In this document: positions 10,505-20,618 of the stretch, piece by piece
Layout of the letters: each line of letters opens with the position of its first letter
Numbering within the stretch: the first letter of the stretch is position 1
NCBI RefSeq assembly: GCF_000400465.1
Contig: NW_008806291.1
Span: 90,001-122,000 of the forward strand
Length of the DNA stretch: 32,000 bases
Reading direction: 5' to 3'
From: Wallemia ichthyophaga EXF-994
Lineage: Eukaryota > Fungi > Basidiomycota
Notes under the pieces: model-generated
Database searches by the model: none
What the model saw: the letters and a program-made list of their open reading frames with translations, nothing else
Told to the model about the DNA's origin: nothing
Translations under genes and position numbers: made by a program

Positions 10505-13071
10505 ATGTGAAGATAGACCGTATGTTCTCAAAGAATTGTAAATATTCACGTCTGTCATTTCGGTTGAGACTTGCTCATGTATTAGTGACGGTCCGAACCG
10601 CACAAGAAGCATATATAGTTTAACGTGCGTTACTGCTTACACTGAATAGTTTAATTCTAGTCCTTACATGAAGGTAACTTTCACTGTTTCGTAAGAGAGA
10701 TCTCGTTGCTATAATAAATTTCGATGGTTGAAATGGGATTGATGACTAGGTAAACGACATTAAGACCTAAAATAAACCAACGATATTACGTAACTTGATT
10801 GGACGCATTTATACGCAGCTTATCGCCGCTGTAGCCATTCTAGTCACATCACAATAAGGATTATGATCAGCAGGACGGTAAAGTTGAAGGACCTAGTCAT
10901 GCCTTTATCTTGACTAAGCTTTTGGATAAAATTCACTTGAAACTTATCAATTTACTGCATAAAAGAAGCACAATGTAACATTTTGCGTTTCAAAACCAGA
11001 CTGTAAATTTGCATACAAAAAAAGTTATGCGAAATCTTGCCTTTAGCTACTTGTATATGTTACATTGAGCTTTGACAACTTATTTACTTATCAGCTCGTA
11101 AGCGATTTTCATTTTTAAGCAAGTGTAGACAGAAAGATTTGGGGAGTTAAAAGATTTAAGAGCCTTGCTGGTAAGTCTAACTCGGGACAACAAATACTAA
11201 AGTTGATAATTGCCCCAAATACTTAAACACCGTGTTTGAGCTGCTAATTCTCAGATTGTTAATTCAAGTCTTACATCGTCGGCAGCATATTTAACAACAG
11301 CGAAACCCAACTTGCCGGAGCATTTTTTACTTGGTCAAAATTATTAAATGAATGATATGAAAGGTGTAATGATTTGATTCGCACTGAGTAAAGTTCGGCT
11401 GAAAACAACAATGAAACCCCATAGAACTCCCTTGAGGGGTAGTTCTACAATGAAAACAGTAAATTGAAAGGAAATCATGAATTAAGACAGGCATAGCGCG
11501 GTGAAACTGACTTAAGGTAACGACGATTCATATGATATGGTCATGAACAACTTAGGAATACGAAAACCGAAGCAGTGAAAGAAGTTTCGTAATGCCATCA
11601 ATGCATGATGATTATGGCAGCACATGGGAGATTTTGAAATCATTTACAAATAAAGATCGCAAAAAATTCAATTTAGTGTGAAATCAAAATTAATTCAGGT
11701 CGAAAATCATGACTTGCGTAATTCAAATAGACGATATCACTGCTACTCCTTAACATCCTAATCGAATAATTGCTACAATTTGCTGCTTGTTCTCACGACC
11801 ATTTCATGTGTGTTGATGTTGATATGTCAAACACGTGAAGGAATTTCACAATTCCTGAAGAACGACCAGTAATGGCATGTGACAAGTCTATTTTAAGCGA
11901 CAATTAGAAGAGAAGTCCTTAAAATCTTATTCAGCAATTTGGATCACTGCTACATCGCAAGGTTGCATACAAAGTGGTCACAAAATAAAAACAACCTAAA
12001 AGTATAGTCAAAAGAATAAAATAATTAATTGTTTAGTTGTAGTCCGAAACTAAAGCATCACGATTGGAAGAAACGTAAATTACACCTGGTTCAAAGCATA
12101 CCTGCTCTATGTTTATCTTTCATTAAGATTACTACTTAACGTTAAACAATTGTAAGTTTCAAGGTTTAGCATTAATTTGATACACCTTTTAATCAGGAAC
12201 ACTGAGGCCAAGGGGAATGCGAAATCTCCTTTCCTTATTGTGAAAGTAGACGTTTAACACAAAACATTTGCGTGAAAGTCTAATATCTGATGTTGTTTAC
12301 AAGTCATACATCATTATAAATGATATCAACTTCACAAGATCTTTGCTCGGATTAGTAGTTTCATTTTAGACATGTTTTGTTTCTTCAAGTCTTTTTCAAG
12401 TTAAATCTTGTTGCTTGTCAATGAAGACGTCTTTCGATGCTCTCTACCTCATTTTCAATACTGTGCGCTCAAAATCGTGATTAAAGACAATGTCTTAAAG
12501 CAGTCTAATGATTTTTATACGGTTAAATTTCAAGGTTTTAAAGCATTTACATTTGTCATGAATGTGATTGAAATTTCATTGCAATATATATACTTATTCA
12601 AGTGCACGACGACATTTCCTTTCCATAAAGTGTGAGTGAAATTGGTCATGAATTTCATATTTCAACGTTTAATCTTCTAAATATTGATTAACAAATTCTG
12701 ATGGACTTTTGTTAGACTTTTTTTCACCTTTACTTGCCGTTATAGCTATATAGGTTGGATGACGTCAATGCTTATTTGACTTGTGGGCTGCCCGTTGCGT
12801 TTTTTAGCTGATCACTTGATTGATATCATTTTCCTTCCAGACAATCTGCGAGTCTTGCTTTCATTTCCTAATTCAAAAGCAATCTCACTTGAGTTCTTAG
12901 ACTTTGATCTTGATTTCCCACTCCCTTGCTTTTCAGCTCAAATACAGGAGATTGGTCTCAATAATGACCTTCAATGTCATACCTTGTCACTTGTGAATCT
13001 GCTCACTTAATATCCCCATTAAGTTTAAAGACATTGAATTTGAGCTTGAAGTTTTTGCCTTTATTTGACAT
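10505..13071 (-). pseudogene. Putative Argonaute pseudogene (N-L1-PAZ-L2-MID-PIWI), many in-frame stops, a few frameshifts, C-terminal end missing
   Basis: Ordered degenerate motifs: GKNFKLKFNVFK..RYDIE (13059-12970), VLNVYFHNKERRFRIPLGLS and KP*NLQLF..KINIEQVCF (PAZ, 12260-12093), CEI..THEMVVRT (11850-11788), YHMNRR..RYACLN (11537-11481), LLLNMLP..DL..KHGV (MID, from 11300), NVTYT (11066; DVTHP), QLYRPADHNPYCDVT (10886-10842; QFYK..P..YRDGVS), FQPSKFII (10733), TRIKLF (10661). By-eye alignment only. Confidence 0.55.
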
Positions 13072-13989
13072 CGTGGAAGTCATTTGAACTTCTTTTCTTT
13101 TTTAGGCAATAGTTGTCACAATCAGATTTCGTCTTTGTCAAAATTCGATGACACCTTCAAATCATGATATCACATCCTTGATTATTATTTCTATTGCACT
13201 ATTTTAACGTATTTCTTATTTCGAGGCTTTTCACTTTGTAAAATTATTCCTTACCTTTGGTGAACAGTACTATGGAGTGAATGACCCTATGACTCGAAGA
13301 CTTCGTCATTACTGTTTATTTCCTTTTATTCAACTTTGTGTGTTGTAGTTATCGATTTTATGGGTGGATTCGGTATTTGATCTTATATGCTCCTACAAGT
13401 CCATCGTTAGAATCCATCGAGATTAGCAGTGAACAATTCTTGATGTACAATCGTTGTCTATATGTGAGTTTCATTAGCCAGTTTTATTAGAAACTCTGAA
13501 ATTTTGCATTGTCATTCATTCTATGTGACGGTTAGAAGACTCCCATGCGCTGGTTGCTACGCAAAACAGCAAAATACGACATGAAGAGTTTCTTTACGCA
13601 AAAGAGACATATACACCGCATCCCACAATGCCTCATTTTTTGAAGTGAGTTTAGTCTAGTGTTTGCTGTGGTCTTATTAGATAGTAAATATGACAATTCA
13701 ATGGAAACTGTCGTGTGTGGGGTTCTATGCGCTATACGGAAAATATTCCTAATTGAAGAATTGGGCTCTTATTGGCCATTCAATTTCCATATACAACTAC
13801 CTTAAGTGAGAAAATGTTTCGTTTTCCGATTGATCCTGAAGTCATCCTGCTAGCTGCAATTAAGACGCTCGCGCAAAGAAGATGTTGTACTTTTGTAGCT
13901 CGAAGGCGATAAAATTGGATTGAGATTGTAATTTATGGGTTTTCGTCACGATAGCACGATTTACACATGTCTTACACTCCTATGAATCT

Positions 13990-16100
13990 TACTTACTTTT
14001 GGCAGGATCACTTAAATTTTGCGCGTCAAACCAGCGACGTGCTACTGATTCATTTTAAGCGGCAATATTTCAGATAAACTAATGACATGCACTTACGGCT
14101 GATCTTCGAAATATCGCTCTACCATCTTTCTATCATGACTTAGCACTTACTAAGCAAACACGCCTATCGTATAAACCTGAATTAGCTCTTTAATTATACG
14201 TACATTGACGAGTCACCACACTGATATCATTGTTTTAACCATGTTAGTGTACGTCTTTTGGCCGATGGATAGATACTTAGTTGCGATCCTGAATAGCACA
14301 AACTATTTTCTGACTTTTTAGACGAGGTATGGACCAATTAGACGCCTTATCTGTCCAGTTTTATAGCTTCCCTTAATTTAAACGTTACCTAGCGCTCCTG
14401 AACGGTAGTATAGTGGGGAAATAGCGTTCCTTATTACTGCATAGTGATCACCGAATCTTTAGAAGACGAATAGACCATTTCAACTGTTGTAATTGGAGTC
14501 TTCAAAGGGTAATACATCTGCTCAATTTGTCACATGCCGGTTTGTTTACATGCTTAGTGTGTTATCGAGCGTGGCGTTGTTTCTCTTTGTGTGACGATTG
14601 TTTTAAGCGTTGTTTGCGGATGAGAGCGATTTTGGGAAAGTCTGTATCATCTCGCCCAAAAGCCATCGATGAACTGCAATCCTTTGTCTGTGGGCAATCC
14701 ATGTGACCGTAACAATTCAGATGTAGATCGGCGTTTGATTTGTACACGATTTTCCTTTATTTTTAAGAATTATATACACAGTGCCCTAATATTCTCCTAC
14801 TTTTCGGTTTTCCGTAGCCTGCAGTGATAAGGGTTTTTTCTAATAAAGTTTTAGTTGTATTGTTCACCGTGCATTCCTCTGTACACACATCTTACAATTC
14901 AAAGTATTTTCTGGGCGCAGTCAATTCATCCTTTCCATTATTTCAGACGATGGAGACCTGTCACTTAAAAGCAATAAGTTGGGGCCATTGGGATATTGCG
15001 TTTATTACGGGATTAATAGTACAGGAAATTAGTATGTGATTAAAGAATTCGATTGACTCATTAGCTTAACAACCAGGACGAGCACATCGAATTTGCTGAT
15101 ATCACATGGAGCGCGAGCTCTCATTTGTTCTGACTTTTTGTTATACAATAGGCTGTATTTGGCGAACCTAAATTGGTTTAAGCGAATTCAACAACCTTCA
15201 CGTTACAAATGAATGTGCTGCACGAACGAGAAATCATTTATGGCAGAATAAAAGGTTGCTAGAAACGTGATTTGCATGTCCGGGAAGTAAACATGTTGTT
15301 GTGCCAAGATATAGTGAAATCAGGAGCCTGTGTCTTAAGTTTTGCTTGTAGCAACAATGCAAGCTCCAAAGCACCCAAAGCCTTAGCTATCCGTTCGAAA
15401 CAATGGTGAAGCGTGCATGTGAGGCTTTTGAAATATGGTAGTGGTGACATCCAGCGGGTATTGGTTGAAGTGGCATGAATGGCGGCAACCACTGTGTCGG
15501 ACAAGACGCCTGAGAGCGGCGACGATGCAGTTAGCCAACTGAAAACTGCTAAAAATTGAGTGGAAGACTATTAAACTATCGTAAAGGTGTTAGCCAGTGA
15601 GCCTTTGTTCGTGCAGAGCTAATGGCGACCGGTCAGTAGAAGACTTGGAAGCCGGACAGTGAGGAATACCGCCAGCCTCATGGAGCCTGCTTTTGCATGC
15701 AAAGGAGGTCTATTTACCTAAGGTAAGGTGATAGCCAATCGCCTCCGGCCGATGTAGCGTCAATGGCGACCAGTAAGTATCCGATAATACACCCGAAAGT
15801 GACATGAGAACTAAACAGGTGAGCCGGGAGTGGGTCATAAAGCGACATATGAAGCGTCATACATTGCTTAATATTGATCCATGTGTCGACGCCGTTGATA
15901 AATGAAATTTGGACAACAACAAATATTGTACAAACTCGATAAGGGGCCTAAGCAGCTTGAAATCCTAACGTTTATTGCGATCAACGTTACGAACTGCGTG
16001 TTATTCATGCAACGAGTGATTTTCTCAGCTGATTGAAGAGGCACAAGAACACCGATTAAGACAATTTTAACGTTCTTAAAGAGTTTGCTACAATTACTTG
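13990..16100 (-). mobile_element. Highly degenerate Ty3/gypsy LTR-retrotransposon pol relic (RT-RNase H-integrase, possible chromodomain); gag and intact LTRs not seen
   Basis: Frameshifted motifs in canonical order: PLQSAEK (16041), VDTW..YDPLP (15890-15825), YWSPLTL (15775; YFSKLDL), TSFACKSRLHEAGGIP (15709; TAFRTKYGLYEYLVMP), CDIS (15106) and AISQW (14999) for RNase H, HGLPTDKGLQFIDGFW (14703-14656; HGLP..SDRGxQFxSxFW), HPQT (14622), WFDAQNL (14033; chromodomain WEPxENL). Confidence 0.75.
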
Positions 16101-16304
16101 AAGCCATTGGGCAGCGTTTACAGTTGATTTCAATAACACGCTCACTCCCTCTAACCAAAACCACAATTATCTCAACATGATACAGAAATACTGCAGTAAA
16201 GAGAGAATAGAGAGTGTTGTAGTTAGTGGTGATAGGCGTGTGGGTCTAGTGTACTTCAATTGTATACACACTCTCTAACAAAAACCTCCAACAGCTACTT
16301 GGTA

Positions 16305-16911
16305 ATGTGGCCGTTCACTACGAATAACAGCGAGCCTCAAAAGGGATGTCCATACAGCGAAGGTCAAGCAGACACCAGCAATCCAATTTTAAACAAAGAA
16401 GTCAGTAGCATACCCAAATCGTCAGGTAGTAATGATAATTGGGTGTATCCATCACAACTACAATTTTTTGAAGCTATGAATCGAAAGGGCCATAAGCCGA
16501 ATCCAAAGGATATGAACACAATTGTTCCCATTCATAATGCCGTTAACGAAAGAGCTTGGATGGAGATAAAGAAATGGGAAGATGGTAAAAGCGACTGTAA
16601 AGTTTATTTGCACAGCTTTAAGGGTCGCCCAAACGATAGATCGCCGAAAGCCTGGCTTAAGACTGCTTTAGGGTACTTGAATTGCTTTTACTCACTCAGA
16701 TATGACTAACGTTTCTCGCAGATACATGCCTCCTTTTGACAGACACGATTGGATCATAGATCGCTGCGGACAGCGTGTACGATACGTTATTGATTTTTAC
16801 GCAGGTTCTAACAAGCTGGGCCTTGATACACCGTCATTCTACTTGGACGTAAGACCAGCTATAGATGATCTTGATAGTATTACAATGCGTTTGTCGAGAT
16901 TTATCATGTAA
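16305..16911 (+). CDS. HCCS: Cytochrome c/c1 heme lyase (holocytochrome c synthase); exons 16305-16672, 16732-16911
   Basis: CP heme-regulatory motif (GCPY), [59 protein letters not shown]. 59-nt intron. CYC3 versus CYT2 not resolved. Confidence 0.92.
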
Positions 16912-16926
16912 GAAATTTATGCAAAG

Positions 16927-18612
16927 TTACTTTTTGATTCGTACATTTTCCGGTGGTTGTGTGATGTATCTTGCGATAACGTTTGGAATACTGAAGCCTG
17001 ATTGCTTGGCGAGATGAAGATAAAGCGAAATATTGTAGTGGAGTAAAGGATAATGCGCTAGACTTGCTGCCCTGGATGTATAAATATATCTGTCGATTCC
17101 GCTTGCAAAGAGATCCTTATGAAGATTTTTGCTAGTTTCTTCACCATCATTGAAACTAGCTGCTGATAATGCATTGATTAAGCTGAAAATAGATGTCAAA
17201 TATCCTATAGCTTCATACTCGACCCCTGCTGTCATTCCTCCTGGTACTCTGAATCGGAGGCGTTCAACTTGCCTCATATCAACAGAGGGATAATACCAAA
17301 TGCCATTATTCTTATGGCCAAAACACCTGTCATCATTTGAATTAGTGTAAGTTGATAAGTTGAAGAAGACGAACCAGAAGAAGTCTCTCTGAACTTCATA
17401 CATCTCACTAAGAAACAATTTGTAAACGCGAGGTCTTTTAGCAATTTTGATAAACTCATGCTGGCTTTCTAGTGCTTGGTTAATAGGATTATGTATTAGC
17501 TGCCGCACCATATCCCCGGCACTTGTGAACGGGGTTGGTACCTTTAGTGGCTGTATTTGAGCAGAGTCTGTTGATCCGTTAACGTTACTCAGATAGCTCT
17601 GAGTTGTTGGAGACTTTATTAGCTGATCACTTGACGACTTTTCACCAAAGATTTCGAATATGAGACTTATCAATTCCATCATCAACTGCCGGGTTGGTAA
17701 ACTTCCAGGCTTCTTGTCTGTGAACAACAAGTCAACCAAGGATTTGTATGGCTCTGGAGCCTTGGAAGACAAAGCGTGTAATCCAATCTTGAGACTGGTT
17801 AGTTACAACCTCTTGCATTAAATATGGACTTACCTCTGAAGTTGAAAGGCCTTTGAAACATCGCATAAGTTCGTGCAATATCTGATCATCGTGTTGCTCT
17901 TCCCTGGTTGCTATAATGAGACACATTGATAGTCTCAAGATAAAGACATACCTCCATTCCACTTTGAGTATTTCACTGAGGCTACTGCAAAGACCTTCGT
18001 ATCCACCAGCATCGAAGAAATCGTACAACCATCCTGATGATTCTGCGCGAATAAGTTGTCTCAAGCGCTTAACTTTATCAATGGATAGAGTTGTGCTGTG
18101 TTCTTTCTCGAGCATTTTTGCAAACAAGATAGGGTTGTCAGCTTTTTCAATGTTACCTGATGCGCCAGTTAGACTATTTGATTGCTTGTTTGACTTTTCG
18201 GGAGATCTATCAGCATTTGTACTTTGTCCAGATTTAGGTTTTAGCTTTGATTGGGAAGGTTCGTTAGTTTTTGTGGTAGGCGCGGCAACCTCGGAAGCCT
18301 TCAAAATGTTCTCCTTTTTACGATTGTCCATTGCGCGTAACTGATGCCTAACGGGCAGTGGTATATCACGAAGTTCAAGCATTCTTTCGAAAGCTTTGCA
18401 GAATTCGTCATTGTTATTTTCATCTTGCTGCTTCTTTTTAGAGTCTTTGAGGGAAGTTAGGATGTTTATAAAGAAGGATATAACTTACTGAACCAAATAC
18501 CGAAAGTTGACTTCTTTGGGGATTCTTGGGAATCTTGTTCGTCAATCATCCTATTATGCATAGATATCTCATTAGAGAAGCCTAAAGGCGGTGTTTTAGG
18601 TGTTTTCTTCAT
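16927..18612 (-). CDS. Formin-type GTPase-binding/FH3 (armadillo) domain protein lacking FH1/FH2; multi-exon
   Basis: ATG 18612 with first intron GTAAGT..AAG. Drf_GBD-like DKVKRLRQLIRAESSGWLYDFFDAGGYEGL..LKVEWREEQHDDQILHELMRCFKGL. Ends at about 500 aa with no polyproline or FH2 region. Confidence 0.72.
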
Positions 18613-18892
18613 AGTCTGAGTTCAAGATAGTCAGATGACCGATTTTGATAAAACTCGCGTAATCTCTTGACGAAATAGGAAGTAAGTAACAAATAATACA
18701 TTAGATCGGAGCTCCACGCATAAATTATAATCTGGATTAAAGGTAATATCACTAGCAGTTGAGCTGCGTAGTTTGTGACGGGAACACGCTTTAATTATAC
18801 GTTTAAAGTGAATAAAACGATTTGTATAAAATAAAATTAAGTTACGTATACAACGTCATTTCTGGGTTGATACTACTTGGATTTCAACAACT

Positions 18893-19966
18893 ATGTCATC
18901 GGATTTAGGTTAGGAATATATCACATGTTTCAACAGCACTAACGGACCACAAGTCACGCGCTTCGTTACACCAACTATTGCCATATTTAGTAGACCATTT
19001 TTACGCTTTCCAGGTGTCCCGATCGGATCAAGATCGACAGCTATCAAGCTAGAACAAGGTGACAATAAGGATAAAGTCTGGGTGTTAGCTAGCTCTCAGT
19101 GTGATGACCAAGTTATCGAGAACATTAACAAGTTAGGACAGGTCAAGTCCGTTTGAATTATTTTAATCTCGTTATACTAACATTCTATAAAAGATACCTC
19201 GTTGCCCCTGACACAGGTTGGTTTCTTTAATTTAATTATCTTTGCCACTCAAAATGACGTAACCAAGCTCATTACCTATATTTGAGTTAGTTTGAACGAA
19301 TAAGATTCCTAGACTCTCTCTAAATATTTCCATAGAGCAGTATATCGACGCATTTCCAGATGCTAAAGTTATAGGTGTCGATGGCGTTCAGACGAAATTA
19401 CAAGACGTAAAATTTGATTACATATATGGCAAGAATAGCAGCGAGGAAAAAGTCGGCTATGAGCCCGAAATGCAAGCTGTTTGGTTTGATAAATACATCA
19501 ATCGCGATCTTGCCTTCTTCCATCAACCCACCAAGACACTAGTTCAAGCCGACCTTCTTATGAACTTGCCAGCCAATGAACAAGTAAGTCCTTCCGGCTA
19601 AGGCCAAATGTTAGACTCGCCAACTCATTAATGTGAAAAGTACTCAAAAAGCGATGCATCATCAGTACCTTGGTTTCCATTTGTCGGAAATATCAGGCCT
19701 GGTACACTTACACATCGTATAGCAGCAATGGCAATGTCAAAAAATGAAGCGTAAGTTTTGAAATGTGCAAAGAAGCTAGCTGATTACCTCGCACAGTGAA
19801 ATCAAACAAGTCTACGATTGGGATTTTAATAGGATAATACCATGTCATGGTGTAAGTCAACAGCAATAACTGAATAACACAACTTAATTGCGTTAAGGAT
19901 GTTATCGAGAATGATGGAAAGAAGGCTTGGTATCAAGTTTTTGAGAAATACCTTCCAAAGTCTTGA
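18893..19966 (+). CDS. DUF4336-like / metallo-beta-lactamase-fold fungal protein, 8 exons
   Basis: Spliced product includes FSRPFLRF..PIGSRSTAIKL, YLVAPDTAHYLYL, FFHQPTKTLVQADLLMNLPANEQY, WDFNRIIPCHGDVIE. Absent from the ORF track because exons are short. Confidence 0.75.
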
Positions 19967-20005
19967 ACATAAGATAAAATATGTATGTCTAATAATATTA
20001 TTAAA

Positions 20006-20548
20006 TTATTCAATTGGAGCTTTCCAGTCATGATTCCAAACTACATTTCGTGGTGTTTCTGTTGGTGCCCTTAAATCTCTTGGAAACAAGCCAGGTATGC
20101 GCATTGTCTGGGCTTTTTTCTTACCAACCTTTGCAGTGCTGATCTTTTGAGGTCGAGCAACAGCTTTTTCCCATAATTCAAAGTGAGTGTCTTCGAGTCG
20201 GCTCAAAGCTTCTCTCAACCTAAGATCACGGTTTTCAAGATCTTTAGTGCGAGCGTCTTGCTCAGCTCTTTGTAAAACATTAAACGCTCTCGTAATAGTA
20301 TCATGTACTTCTTCACCTGGGAAGACAGCGTCTACAGACTTTTGAACATCATCTCTATGAGGAATTGAAGGACTCGTTCTGTTTGTTGGAGGTTGAGGAA
20401 CATTTATGGGATAAAGCATTTGTAGAAGCTGTTCAGACTTATTGTCTGTGATGAGTTCATTATTCCCCTTGAAACCAGAAGGCGGGCCAGAAGCATATGC
20501 TCTTGTTGAAATGATTCTACTGGATGTTTTGAATGAATTTAAGAGCAT
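20006..20548 (-). CDS. MRPL28: Mitochondrial ribosomal protein mL40
   Basis: Presequence-like N-terminus; HDTITRAFNVLQR..LREALSRL and FPRDLRAPTETP..WNHDW resemble the yeast Mrpl28/mL40 family. Confidence 0.75.
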   Translation of the reverse strand: MLLNSFKTSSRIISTRAYASGPPSGFKGNNELITDNKSEQLLQMLYPINVPQPPTNRTSPSIPHRDDVQKSVDAVFPGEEVHDTITRAFNVLQRAEQDARTKDLENRDLRLREALSRLEDTHFELWEKAVARPQKISTAKVGKKKAQTMRIPGLFPRDLRAPTETPRNVVWNHDWKAPIE

Positions 20549-20618
20549 CGCTTGATTTTTAAATTTTAAATTTACTTGAAATCGTTGTCACGGTTCAAAT
20601 CGCACTTTACCAAACGAT

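Noticed and set aside
11422-11447. Stem-loop TAGAACT-CCC-TTGA-GGG-GT-AGTTCTA
   Set aside because: Single short imperfect hairpin with no copies or ncRNA context; expected by chance.
11281-11700. Plus-strand stop-interrupted frame (GSIFNNSETQLAGAFFTWSKLLNE*YERC...)
   Set aside because: No family motif; it overlaps the minus-strand MID-like frame and is best explained as its antisense shadow.
12000-13300. Alternative readings of the decayed minus-strand frame as LINE reverse transcriptase or retrotransposon gag
   Set aside because: No recognisable PQG or YADD at the right spacing and no zinc knuckle; the Argonaute reading explains many more motifs over 2.5 kb. Not excluded without a profile search.
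14385-14435. GGTAGTATAGTGG resembling a tRNA A-box/D-arm
   Set aside because: No T-arm (GTTCRA) or acceptor stem at the proper distance; it lies within the integrase relic.
15259-16164. Hydrophobic fragments (VTFGCIIGYLLVAID, ALGALELALLLQ) resembling an Avt-type amino-acid transporter pseudogene
   Set aside because: Overlapping frames give better, correctly ordered gypsy RT motifs (YDPLP, YWSPLTL, TSF..K..L.E...IP) that continue into RNase H and integrase.
10462-16304. NUMT, mitochondrial plasmid or alternative genetic code (TGA=Trp) as the explanation for the stops
   Set aside because: TAA, TAG and TGA all interrupt the frames and frameshifts occur, which indicates decay rather than recoding.
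10462-16304. Mating-type locus as the explanation for the gene desert
   Set aside because: No STE3-like receptor, homeodomain or HMG motif, or CAAX-terminated pheromone ORF was seen.
14188-18802. 14-bp exact repeat CTTTAATTATACGT at 14188-14201 and 18789-18802
   Set aside because: AT-rich, does not extend, only two copies; compatible with chance.
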